DNA of 63,948 bases, filler included, from Reclinomonas americana ATCC 50394 (taxonomy: Eukaryota), in the NCBI GenBank assembly GCA_048213135.1. It is 8 parts of 5 records of this genome, joined end to end, with 100 filler letters (N's around TTAATTAATTAA, not from the genome) between each part and the next. Parts side by side here need not be neighbours in the genome. Positions count along the whole stretch, not along the records: positions 36,496 to 50,967 come from PS015675.1; positions 51,068 to 60,580 come from PS015676.1; 6 more parts are not named here. One strand, written 5' to 3'. The number at the start of each line of letters is the position of its first letter. Position 1 is the first letter of the stretch. A program made the translations under genes and the position numbers. The notes below the pieces were generated by a model. That model did not search any database and was not told the origin of the DNA. It saw nothing but the letters and a program-made list of their open reading frames with translations. This document shows positions 38,801-51,292 of the stretch, in pieces.

Positions 38801-40328
38801 GAGCACAGCGATAGCACAGCGATAGAGCGCAGCGACACAGACACAGACACAGACACAGCGACAGAGCACAGGCACAGACACAAGCGCAAGCGCAAGCACA
38901 AGCACAGAACACAGCGACCGAGCACAGCGATAGAGCACAGCGACCGAGCACAGCGACAGAGCACAGCGACAGAGNNNNNNNNNNNNNNNNNNNNNNNNNN
39001 NNNNNNNNNNNNNNNNNNNNNNNNNNNNNNNNNNNNNNNNNNNNNNNNNNNNNNNNNNNNNNNNNNNNNNNNNNNNNNNNNNNGTCGCTGTGCGCTGGCA
39101 TTGTCTAGCTGTCGCTCTCTCGTTATGTGTCTCTGTTTCTCTGTCTGTGTGTGTCACTATCGCTGTTTCTGTTGCTGTCTCTGTCTGTGTCTGCGCTCTG
39201 TTGCTGAGCTCTGTCTTATGCCCTTTCTTTAGTGTTGTTTCCCATCTCATCGGTTATCTGTCTCTGAAGTTGTTCTCGATACCAGTTCAGCCTTCTGCTG
39301 CCTTCTCCCTCTTCTATTTCTCTGCCTGACAGCTCTCCTTTCGGGTTGGAAGGTCATTTACTTCGTCTTGTCGTGTATCTGTTGCAAATGGAAGAGAAAA
39401 TGAGATGAGCATAGAGTACTTGAAGAGCACGGCAAAGTAAGAGAGTGTATGCTCTCTGCTGACTCTTGCGCCCCTCCCTTTCCTTTCACAGGACATCCTC
39501 TCCGTACCCGCCATGGTGCTGGCCAACCTGTGCGTGTCGTACATTATGACCAGCCACAACGAGGACGCTGAGGAGTTGATGCGCAAGGTGCGTGGGGTTG
39601 TTTTCTGTGGCTCGTGCGCATTGTTCTCACTCGCGTCGCAGATTGAGCACGAGGAGGAGATTGCGATTTCGGAGGATCCCGATAAGCAAGTGTTGCATCT
39701 GTGCATCGTCAATCTCGTCATTGGCACGCTGTATTGCTCGAAGACCAATTACGAGTTTGGTATCTCGCGTATCATCAAGAGTCTGGAGCCGTATGCCAAG
39801 AAGGTGTGTGGAGGGAGGGAGAAGGGAGAAGGGGAAAAAGAGGGAAAGGGACATTGAGAAGGGGGGTAAGGGGAAGGGAAAGGGCAGGGGGCAGTGAGGA
39901 AGGTGGAGTGCAGGTGAGCAAGTGAGTGAGAAGCAAGGGACAAAGATTGGGTTGTTAAGATAGAGAGGAAGGACGTGGGTTGTGAGTGAGCAGGACATAA
40001 ACTCGTGTAGAATAGTGTGAGGACGGCATACGTAAGCGCAGTGCATGTGTTCAAGTATTCCGATAAGTGCTCGAGTGTGAATGCGCTTAATCCACGTCAG
40101 CTCAGAACAAGAGAGATGTCACTGTCTTTCAAGACTCCCCTCTCTTTGTGTGTGTCGGCAATGCGCACGAAGAATGGTCACACTGCGGTTGCAGAGAAAC
40201 AAGTAGATGAGCGCAGTCGTCTTCTTGTTGTGCATGTTCATATGTGTGCGTGAGCAACGCAGTATGTGCTTGTGTACTCATGTACACATGGAATGGGCAC
40301 CAGTCAGTCATCTTTCTGCCCGTCTATG

Positions 40329-40376
<48 letters not shown>

Positions 40377-41195
40377 ACGTACGTCGTACCGTACCGGTAC
40401 GTACCGTTACGTCGTACGACGAGTAGTACGCGTAGNNNNNNNNNNNNNNNNNNNNNNNNNNNNNNNNNNNNNNNNNNNNNNNNNNNNNNNNNNNNNNNNN
40501 NNNNNNNNNNNNNNNNNNNNNNNNNNNNNNNNNNNNNNNNNNNNNNNNNNNNNNNNNNNNNNNNNNNNNNNNNNNNNNNNNNNNNNNNNNNNNNNNNNNN
40601 NNNNNNNNNNNNNNNNNNNNNNNNNNNNNNNNNNNNNNNNNNNNNNNNNNNNNNNNNNNNNNNNNNNNNNNNNNNNNNNNNNNNNNNNNNNNNNNNNNNN
40701 NNNNNNNNNNNNNNNNNNNNNNNNNNNNNNNNNNNNNNNNNNNNNNNNNNNNNNNNNNNNNNNNNNNNNNNNNNNNNNNNNNNNNNNNNNNNNNNNNNNN
40801 NNNNNNNNNNNNNNNNNNNNNNNNNNNNNNNNNNNNNNNNNNNNNNNNNNNNNNNNNNNNNNNNNNNNNNNNNNNNNNNNNNNNNNNNNNNNNNNNNNNN
40901 NNNNNNNNNNNNNNNNNNNNNNNNNNNNNNNNNNNNNNNNNNNNNNNNNNNNNNNNNNNNNNNNNNNNNNNNNNNNNNNNNNNNNNNNNNNNNNNNNNNN
41001 NNNNNNNNNNNNNNNNNNNNNNNNNNNNNNNNNNNNNNNNNNNNNNNNNNNNNNNNNNNNNNNNNNNNNNNNNNNNNNNNNNNCGACGTACGTAGTTGTC
41101 GTTCGTTGTTACGTTACTACTAGTACGTACACTAGGTAAGTAGGTCGGTACCGACCGTACGTACGTCTACTCTTCTTCTCCGTCCTCTCTGTCTC

Positions 41196-41245
<50 letters not shown>

Positions 41246-41683
41246 GTCTGCCTGTCAATCTCTCTCTCTCTCTCTCTGTCTGCCTGTCTGTGTGTCTTCT
41301 GTGTGTCTTCTATCTATCTGTCTTTCTGGCTGTCTGTCTCTCTCTCCCACACACACATTCTCCCTCTGTTTGTCTGTCTGCATGTCTGTCTACCTACCTG
41401 TCTGCCTTTCTCTCCCTTCCCCCGTCACGCACAGCTCATGATCGACACGTGGTTCTACGCCAAGCGCTGCTTTGTCGCGCTGGCCGAGAACCTCGCCAAG
41501 CACATGCTGCCGTTGGGCGACGAGAGCTTCCGTGAGATTCTGTCGTTCCTGGAGGCCGCCGACACGTACGGTCGCAACATTTACACCACTCCGGAGCAGC
41601 CGTTGGAGACGGAGGAGACGAGGCGCACGGTTAGCCAGGAGGCGCGCATTCTCAAGCGTATTTTCTTGAAGCTCAAGGGTTGA
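31370..41683 (+). CDS. TTC30: Intraflagellar transport protein 70 (TTC30/DYF-1/fleer), 12 exons
   Basis: IPEGSYTSTIYTLIRD, RSRAALS|LLGYCYY, IIERGIREHPELSVG, ETALIEAFNLK, DMPPRSEEELD, PFPPETFGNLLLLY, YIPVLMAQAKIYW, HLCIVNLVIGTLYC, DTWFYAKRCF, TVSQEARILK; 11 introns splice in frame. Confidence 0.96.
34890..35505. repeat. Pyrimidine-rich 10-mer satellite (CTCGTTTCCA / CTCGTTTGCA variants) in TTC30 intron 4
   Basis: Direct inspection. Confidence 0.9.
37664..39215. repeat. 13-mer satellite (CTGTCGCTGTGCT)n, present in both orientations across gaps, in TTC30 intron 9
   Basis: Forward at 37664-37917 and from 39084; reverse complement at 38618-38974. Confidence 0.85.
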
Positions 41684-42103
41684 GAGGGGGAGGGTGAAGG
41701 GCGAAGGGTGCGGGAGAAAAATGTGCAGTGAAAGCGTGTGTACGACGACAGAGTTCACCTGTGGAGTGTGTCACCGCAGCCGCCGACATGCGCAACTATA
41801 TTCCAAACGGCAGGCAGCAAGGTATTCTTCTCTTTCTCTCTCCTCCCCTCCTCATTCCTCCCTATATGCACCTCTTCCCTGCTCGCCCACTTTGTATATC
41901 AATCTCAAGGCAAGGCAAAACAAAGTGCATCTGGGGATTGTTGATGCCAAACTCACACGTGTTGAGAAATTCACTCCAAACCGCGAACAGCTGCATGATG
42001 ATCACCGGCATCGTGTCAATCAGCAACGCTCGCGTCGTCGTCTTCATCGCCAGCAGGGCTCACATCATCGTCATCGAAACAAAACTCTTCGTCCTCTTCA
42101 TCT

Positions 42104-45100
42104 TCATCGTCGTCCCTGTCCCACCTCGTCGGTCACTTCCTCAATGCCAACGCCACCCACAGCACCAAGCGCGTTGGTGAAATCGGGCAAGACGGTGCCG
42201 AGAATACGCTCCACAAGCCCGCGAGTGTTTCGACGCATCAGTTGGATCCTCTTGCCGGACACACGGGTGGTGTACGCAGAACCGAACGCCATGCAGCGAA
42301 GATAAGTCACACGACCCGCCGAAGGCTCAACGAGGTCCGCCTGCTCATCAAGAGGCACTTCTTCTCCAGTCGGCAGTGACCACACACGTACTTCTCCGTG
42401 ACCACCGCGGCTCACGATGTACTGGCCATCGGGAGTGACATCAACAGCCCACACCTCACCAGAGTGTCCCTCCAGTCGTAGCACTTCCTCGCCACTCGCC
42501 AGTGACCACACTCGTACTGTCTTGTCGTCACTCCCACTTACGATGTACTGACAATTGGGAGTGACAGAGACAGACACCACAGTGCCGGTGTGTCCCTCCA
42601 GTCGGCGCACCTCCTCGCCGCTAGCCAGTGACCACACACGCACTGTGTTGTCAAAACTTGTACTAACAATTTGCTGACCATCAGGAGTGACGGCGACAGA
42701 CAGCGCAATTGCAGTGTGACCCCGCAGCCACCGCACTTCTTCTCCACTCGCCACTGACCACATACGCACTGTTGCGTCCCCGCCTCCGCTGACAATGTGC
42801 TGACCGTCAGGAGTGACGGCGACACATGTCACCCATCCAGTGTGTCCTTCCAACCGCCGCAACTCTTCTCCACTCGCCAGTGACCACACGCGCACTGTAT
42901 TGTCATGGCCTCCGCTGACAATGTATTGGCCATCGGGAGTGACGGCGACACACCTTACGTAACCATCGTGCCCCTCAAATTGTCGCATTTCTTCTCCACT
43001 CGCCAGTGACCACACCAGAATCGACCCGTTCTCACCCCCACTCACAGCGAATTGACCATCTGGAGAAACAGTAAATGTGGAGGACTGTCCTGCCACCTGC
43101 CACAGTTCCTCGCCTGTTGACACAGACCACATCCTCACCGTGCCGTCATCACCGGCACTCACAGCATGCTGACAGTCGTGGGTGAGCACAACTGAATGCA
43201 CCGATCCAGTGTGTCCACCTAACCGCCGCACTCCTTCATCACCCGCCACAGGCCACATTCGTACTGTCATATCTTCACCCCCACTGACGATATACTGACC
43301 ATCAGGAGTCACCTTGATTGAATACAATCCACCAGTGTGTCCCTCCAACCGTCGCACCTCTTCGCCACTCGCCAGTGACCAAACCCGCACAGTCGAGTCC
43401 CTACTCCCGCTGACGACGTGCTGCCCATCAGGAGTGAAGGCGACAGTCCGTACTGCCGCAGTGTGTCCCTCGAACCGTCGCACTTCATCTCCATTCGCCA
43501 CTGACCACACCCGTACAGTCATGTCCACGCTGCCACTCACGATAAGCTGGCCATCGGGTGTCACTGCCACTGCCAGCACCCCATTCGTGTGGCCTTTCAG
43601 GTGGCGCACCTCCTCGCCCCCTGCCAACGACCACACCCGTACAGTCCCGTCATAACTGCCACTCACAATGTGCTGGCCATCGGGTGTCACTGCCACTGCA
43701 TGCACCGAATTCGTGTGGCCTTCCAGTAGGCGCACCTCCTCGCCACTTGCCATCGACCACACCCGTACAGTCTTGTCCAAACTGCCACTCACAATGTGCT
43801 GGCCATCGGGGGCCACCGTCACTGCAAACACCCAGCCCGCGTGGCCTTCCAGTCGGCGCACCACCTCGCCACTTGCCACCGACCACACCCGTACAGTCTT
43901 GTCTCGACTGCTACTCACAATGTGCTGACCATCGGGTGTCACTGCCACTGCAAGCACCGTTCGCGTGTGGCCTTCCAGTCGGCGCACCTCCTCGCCTTTT
44001 GCCACCGACCACACCCGTACAGTCTTGTCAGAACTGCCACTAACAATGTGCTGACCATCTGGAGTGACAACTAAAGAGTGCACAATTCCAGTGTGCCCCA
44101 CCATCGGCTTTCTCGGCCACTTCACACCCGTCACATCCGCCCCCCTGAAATCTGCCTCCCTCGCATACGCCATGCACACATTCACTCCTCGCAAATCCGC
44201 TCCTCTCCACACCGTCCGGTGCATCACTGCATCTCTCAAATCCGTACCCCTCACTCTCACGCCCGACAGATCCCGCCCGCTGAACGACACTTGTGCCACA
44301 CACAACACCGTTGCTGCATTCGCTGCGGCCGTCACCGCTCGCTCCTCATCCACCTCCCGTGACATCTCAATCACCTCCCACAGTCTCGCTTGCAATCGAG
44401 GAGATCGTCGCACCACCTCGGCCATCTGCTCCACCAGCGACGGTCGATCATTCAGCAGTCGCACTGCCAACACATGTTGCTGCACATCTTGCATCGTCAA
44501 CCTCCTCTCCTCATCCCATGTCTCCCACGTAAACACATGCCTTGCCACACAGTGCTCCAGCAACGACAGATGCACAAATCCCCACTGCGTCGTCCCATAC
44601 CGTCGCACAATCGGACAGCACACTCGCACATGCTGGTTCTTGTGTCCGAGGAACTTATCAAACGGTCCCTCTTTCACTCGTCTCCGACGACCGAGTGGCG
44701 CACCACCAGAGTCTTCCTCCTCCTCACCGTCATCGCCTGACCGATTCTCTATCGCAGACACACGCACAACATTCCTCTCATGCATCAATCGTGCCAGTCC
44801 CTCACAGAATGAGAGACACGTCTCCTCACTCGGCACACGCTCCGCACCGAGACGTGTCTGTCTCTCCTGTTCCCTCACAATCCACTGTCGAATGAATCGG
44901 TCAAACACATCACACCGAGTCGGTCGCTGCACACCACTCGCCACCAACTGCGGCAACACACGAGTCACCACTGCCAACAGGAATGGATTCGACACCAATG
45001 CATCTAGTCCATGCACACCCTTCAATGCGCGAATGTACTCCTCGGCAGTTGACCATCGCACTTCATCGTCAGCATCACCCACTTGCACCAGTCGCTCAAA

Positions 45101-47004
45101 GTACTGCTCAATTTGCTCATTGTTAAACGGCGCAATGTGTCGCTCCATCAACTGCTGCATGCACAACTGTCCTCGTGCATCCACCGGTGCAAAGAACCGT
45201 CGATACTGCGCCGCTCCTCCAAGTGCCGTCAGTGCGTAATCGCCACGGCACGTGATAATCACCTTTACATCGCGACACACACCCAGCTGGTTTTTGACAA
45301 ACAGATTCACGCCACGGTACAACTCATCGTACCCGTCAAGCAGCAACAACAGTGGTTCCTCCTTCAGCCGTCGCACATCCGACTCGCTGAATCCCAACTC
45401 GGGCGACAGTCGTTCCAGTGCCTCCTCCAACAGTCGCTCGTCGGCATTGCGCAGTGCACCAAGAGGCACACGCACAGGTACTCGTCGAGTCTCTCCCGTC
45501 TGCCACTGCCGCCATGCTCGCTCAGCCAGCACCGACATGGTGGTCGTCTTGCCGGCACCACTGTTACCAAATAACACCAGCACACGCTGCGCGGTGTTGG
45601 AATCGGAGAGGAACGCATCCATCTCTGTCAATAGATCCGCCATCTTCTCTCTCGACGAGACGTCACGATCACGAGAGCACAGCAGCGGCACATACATCTG
45701 CATGTCCTGGCGCACACTCTCGTCCTCGTGATAATAGGCCATCTCAAGCACTGCCAGTCGATGCAGTCGCTCCTCGAATGTGCTGACACTAAAATCGAGG
45801 TGACGAGCCTCTCGAATCCGCGTTGCAAAAACGTCAATCACGTCGGCTGGCAGCTGCAACTTGCCAAGGAATGTAAGGAACGTGCCGTGGTCGCCGAGAT
45901 ATTCATGAACGCTGGCCGCTGTCCATGCCGGCGAACCGTGCGCCAACTCATTCCGCACTTCCCGCAACTGCGCCACCGTGACACGTTCGCTTGCGCGACT
46001 GATCAGGGGGAAGGAAGCATCATCGTGCACAAAGCCACCGAACAGCAGGATGGTGGTGAGTGCTGTCACGTCAAAGGCGTCACACGAGGGATCGGAGGCG
46101 GGATCGTCATCAAAGGCAGCCTTCCAGTCGAGCACGTGCTGCTGCTGCTGCTGCGCAAACAACTTGACTCGCCCAGGAGCGAGTGGTGCATGTTGATCGT
46201 ACCACGCCTTGATCGTCATTGGATGCCAGAACAACGGAGGCGTCCACGCGTCGGGAGTCCACGCCCGCACATTGAAGTCGGCATGATCGCGACTGAATTG
46301 CGCCAGTGCGCGTTGACACCGCAGACGCACGGCCTCCTCCACTACCTCGAAGGCCATGTTGATGCGTTGGGAGTTGATCATGCTGCGCACCCAGCGCTGT
46401 CAGTTCCAAGTGCAAGAACAAGCAGGGGAGGGCGAGATAACAAACCGAGTTACTCGGTCCGAGTTGCTGGGCGGAGACATGAGAGTGAGATGCATGCTTT
46501 GCACAGAGAGATGAATCAAACACATACCTTCCACTCCCACTCCCACTCCCTCCACTCGGCTGCAGCGCCACGCCAAGCGTCAGACGGACGATAAGATGAG
46601 TGGATGAGTTGATGCCAAGTGCACCAACTGGCATGCCAGCCAGGACCTCTATGTCGAANNNNNNNNNNNNNNNNNNNNGCTCGTACAGGCTCACAGAGCG
46701 CGTAATGTTGCGCACGTGGATCTCAATGACGAGTTGTTCGGTGGAGGGGACCACTAGTGCACGTGAGGATGAGGGAAGGGAGAGGATGCAGAAGTCTGAG
46801 AGAGACAGTGAAAAGGGATACCACACCTGCATTCTGTGCAGCGAGTGCGGAGGTGAGGCCGACAGCCATGAACGCAGTGGTGCCCAAGGCCATGCGACGG
46901 GCGAGGGAGGCAAGCAAGTGCATTGGCGCTTGATCGGAGAACGGGTCGGAGATTTGTGTGGGACGGGACAGCCGACGGCTGAGCTTGCTGCGTTCAGGCA
47001 TCAC
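42104..47004 (-). CDS. NLR-like STAND protein: HEPN-like domain, NACHT, pentapeptide repeats, 14 WD40 repeats; main exon 42104-46396 plus small upstream exons, 5' end uncertain
   Basis: FDVTALTTIL...LREVRNELAHG; Walker A GNSGAGKTT; Walker B LLLLLDGYDE; VIITCR; NPFLL; FVHLSLLEH; FSGRDLSGVRVRGTDLRDA; GH...VTPDGQHIVSGS.DKTVRVW repeats. Confidence 0.92.
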
Positions 47005-49108
47005 CGACGATGATTTGTTGAGCAGGGCTCCGAGTGATTGCGCAGCATGAAAGCTGGTGACAAGTCAGATATTGGACTTTGCTTGTGCTTCGACTTCTTG
47101 CAGGAAAAGAGTGACGAGCAGATCGCAAGCGAGCTGAAGAGGCCATTGTTGTAAGCTGTTGCTGCGCACGCAGTGCTATCGCTGCGCTGATGTCTCGGCA
47201 GTGCCAGGCGTTGTGGTGCGCTGCAAAAGCGTCGAATCGGGAATTCGTCAAAGTCCCTTGCTCGCAAACTCACTGCCGTTGTTGACAACACAAGAGAGAG
47301 AGAGAGAGAGAGATATAGAGAGAGAGAGCATACTTGTGCAAACTGCTGATGTGGAGGAGAAGAGCAGCACAGCCCTTCTGAAACGAGCGCGACAATGACA
47401 CGACACAGTGACGGCAAAGGGCAGTGTCGATTCTGCTTGCTGCATTCACTCTTCGAAGAAAAGACCCGGCATCGCTTCCGTGGTGCCCTTGAAGTTTGCC
47501 ATCTCTGCGCGACATGACCTCGCCTCCCTCACAAGTGCGCAACAATCATCGATCACATACACTGTAATTGCCAACCATAGAAGATCTTCGCTCAAAACAA
47601 ACAAACAGAAAACCAAACAAACAAACAAAGAGACGCCATCGTCACGCGCACAAGCACCCCTCAGATGCACGCTCGTCACACACTACCGTTTAGACACTCC
47701 GTAATTTTACCTCGATAGCCGTGACGTGAGGTCACCAAGGAGGTTACCGACGGCCGACGTCAACTGCACGAGGTGAATGAGAAGGGATGCCACACTCTTT
47801 CGCTCTTGTTGACTCTGCTTCCTGATGTGTGTCTCTCATACCAACCTCTTGTTCCTTTTCCCTCTCTTGTCCTCTCTCTCTCTCTCTCTTGAATACCCCT
47901 GCACGCAGTCCCTCTAAAGTTCAGCAGTCGCTCTCCTTCTCTCCTTCTCTCGTACCTCCTTCCTTCTGCTTGCTCTCGGTCTTCCTTTTCCTCTCTTTCC
48001 TCGCGAGCTTTTACTCGCCCCTCTTTCTCTGCTGGCAGTCTCCACTCAGCTTCCTTTTTTTCTTTCTGTCTTTCTTCCAGTCTCACGTCTTCTTTTGCCT
48101 GTCTCTCCCGCTCCCGCTCTCACACCACTCCAACTCTCTCTCTCTCNNNNNNNNNNNNNNNNNNNNNNNNNNNNNNNNNNNNNNNNNNNNNNNNNNNNNN
48201 NNNNNNNNNNNNNNNNNNNNNNNNNNNNNNNNNNNNNNNNNNNNNNNNNNNNNNNNNNNNNNNNNNNNNNNNNNNNNNNNNNNNNNNNNNNNNNNNNNNN
48301 NNNNNNNNNNNNNNNNNNNNNNNNNNNNNNNNNNNNNNNNNNNNNNNNNNNNNNNNNNNNNNNNNNNNNNNNNNNNNNNNNNNNNNNNNNNNNNNNNNNN
48401 NNNNNNNNNNNNNNNNNNNNNNNNNNNNNNNNNNNNNNNNNNNNNNNNNNNNNNNNNNNNNNNNNNNNNNNNNNNNNNNNNNNNNNNNNNNNNNNNNNNN
48501 NNNNNNNNNNNNNNNNNNNNNNNNNNNNNNNNNNNNNNNNNNNNNNNNNNNNNNNNNNNNNNNNNNNNNNNNNNNNNNNNNNNNNNNNNNNNNNNNNNNN
48601 NNNNNNNNNNNNNNNNNNNNNNNNNNNNNNNNNNNNNNNNNNNNNNNNNNNNNNNNNNNNNNNNNNNNNNNNNNNNNNNNNNNNNNNNNNNNNNNNNNNN
48701 NNNNNNNNNNNNNNNNNNNNNNNNNNNNNNNNNNNNNNNNNNNNNNNNNNNNNNNNNNNNNNNNNNNNNNNNNNNNNNNNNNNNNNNNNNNNNNNNNNNN
48801 NNNNNNNNNNNNNNNNNNNNNNNNNNNNNNNNNNNNNNNNNNNNNNNNNNNNNNNNNNNNNNNNNNNNNNNNNNNNNNNNNNNNNNNNNNNNNNNNNNNN
48901 NNNNNNNNNNNNNNNNNNNNNNNNNNNNNNNNNNNNNNNNNNNNNNNNNNNNNNNNNNNNNNNNNNNNNNNNNNNNNNNNNNNNNNNNNNNNNNNNNNNN
49001 NNNNNNNNNNTACCGTTACCGTTACCCGTTCCTTTTTCCGTTTTTCCGTTTCCGTTTCCGTTCTTCCTCCCGTCCCGTCCCGTCCCGTCCTCCTACACCT
49101 ACCACCAC

Positions 49109-49157
<49 letters not shown>

Positions 49158-49304
49158 CTCTCGCTCACTCTCTGCCCTCCTTTCCCGCTCCCTCTTCCTC
49201 TCCCTTTCCCTCTTCCTTTCCCTCTTCCGTTCCCTCTCCCTCCCCCTCTCCCTTTCCCATCATCTCCTTTCCCTCTCCCACCAACCTTCGCGCCACCCTC
49301 CTTC

Positions 49305-50967
49305 AGGAAACCCGCCACACGCCGCATGTCGTCCTTGGCCTGCAGCGCCAACTTCGAGGCGAACTCAGCGGCCGCATCGGTGGCTGTCAATCACGCGTGT
49401 TAGCAAGACTTCATCAATCAATCATCCCCTTCTCTTCCTCTATCCACTCACCACTCTGCGACGATCCACCGCCGCCACCACCACCACCACCAGCACCTGA
49501 CGGTGAGGCGTCGGCCTGCCGATCAAAGAACATATCGCTGGAGATGCCGCGGGCAGCCGAGAAGCGCCCGATGCGCTCCTTGACCTCCGGGTCGTCCTCT
49601 TCCTCGGCGCGGCGCAGGTCGGCCGAGGAGATGGCCTTGGCGGAGGCAAATTTGTTCACTGCGATAATAGGGAAAGGGGTGAGAAATGGGAAGGAGAAGG
49701 GGGAATTATATCATTTCTTTCTTTCTCTTGACCATCCCTTCCCCCGACAACTCAACAATGCACATTCCCACCATTGGGCACCGGGCTGCTGCTCTCGGCG
49801 GCCGGAGACACCGGCGACGAGACGCGCTGCGCCTGCGGTGGGGGTGACGGTGCCGGGGCGACCGTGCCGGCCTCCACCTTCTTCGCGCCGAGACTGCGGC
49901 GGCCGCCAGCGCTGGACAGCGGGCGCTTGGCAGAGGACGAGGACGACGAGGAACAGGGGGCGGCTGCTCTCGCGGAGGCGCTGGTGGGGGTGCCGATGTC
50001 TGCGGGGTGGTAGAAGGACAAGGGTATTTAGCAAAGGGGATGTATATATATTAAAGGCACACAGAAGTGAAAGAGATAAGATTAAGGAAGAGAGAATGGA
50101 TGAACGAGAAATATGAAAGGTCATCGACGAACACAATAATTCGCGTCATCAATCACGAATTGACAAGACGAAAGGAAGGAATCATGCGAGTGAGTTTACA
50201 AGGTGGGGAGAACGAGAGATGAGAAGAGAGAGAGAGAAGTGAGAGAGAAAAGAGAAGAGAGAGAGAGAAAAAGAGAGAGAAGAGAGGACAAGAGCAAGAG
50301 ACGAGAATGGGGAGAGACGAGAGAATGGAGACAAGCGAGGCAAGAGAAGTGAGGGAGAACGATGAGGGAAAGAGACAAACAGAGAAGGTTGCGGGAGAAG
50401 CGAAACAAGCACAGGAAGAGAAAGTACAATCTTATGGCAAGCGTCAACAAGCAAGCAGCATCAACAGAATAAAGGACATTCAGTCCTTCGCATGAAACTC
50501 TTCAGAACTTCAACTCGCCAAAGGAGCACTGCAAAGAGATCGGCCCACCTGAACAATCTCTCTATCTCCACTCTCTCGCTTTCCCATCACCACTCTCCCT
50601 CCCCAATGGAGCACTACAAAGAGATCGGTCCCTCTGAACAATCTCTCTCATCGCAGAGCCTCCAAATTCTCTATCTCTCTTTCCCTTCCCCTCCCTCTCA
50701 CGCAACTCGACGCCACACGCGACGGCGCCGACGGACTGCGATCCAAATCGGCAATCAGCGCATGCACATCCAATCCCTCGCGCTTGACATCAAAATCGCC
50801 CTCCACGTCGTCCAAACTGCGCGACAGCCCCGCGTTAGTCAACTTCCTCCTGCCTAACTTCTCGTCGACATCCTTTGTGCAACGCAACTGCGGCTCCACA
50901 GAAGAGGGTCCGAGCGAGCCACTCGAGGCCGCAGTGGTGGTCGTGGTGGTGGCCGCCGCCGCCGCGG
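49305..50967 (-). CDS. ARFGAP2: ArfGAP2/3 (Glo3-like) central and C-terminal exons; both ends lie in gaps
   Basis: SLGAKKV basic motif and tandem Glo3 motifs KFASAKAISSADL and RFSAARGISSDMFF; C-terminal amphipathic segment. Confidence 0.8.
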
Positions 50968-51292
50968 NNNNNNNNNNNNNNNNNNNNNNNNNNNNNNNNN
51001 NNNNNNNNNNNTTAATTAATTAANNNNNNNNNNNNNNNNNNNNNNNNNNNNNNNNNNNNNNNNNNNNAGAGAGAGAGAGAGAGAGAGAGAGAGCACTCGC
51101 CTAATGGCACTCGCAAGCAGGGACTACTCATCCACGCACTCTCTCGCAATTCCTCAATCGATACCACACTCTCACTTCTTCTCATCCCCTCCTTCTCTAC
51201 CCTCCCTTTTCCTCATTCCTACCTTCCTACCTTCCCCCTTTCCACCCTTTCCCGTCCCCTCTCCCTTCCCCCTCCCCCTTTGCCCCACGCAC

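Noticed and set aside
37664..39215. Large inverted repeat formed by the 13-mer satellite
   Set aside because: The inverted block is an isolated contig between gaps and could simply be misoriented
44064..45239. 391-aa plus-strand ORF
   Set aside because: Antisense to the NACHT domain; no recognisable motifs
50523..50650. Two ~40-bp direct repeats (GAGCACTRCAAAGAGATCGG...) in the ArfGAP intron
   Set aside because: Ordinary local duplication with no transposon hallmarks
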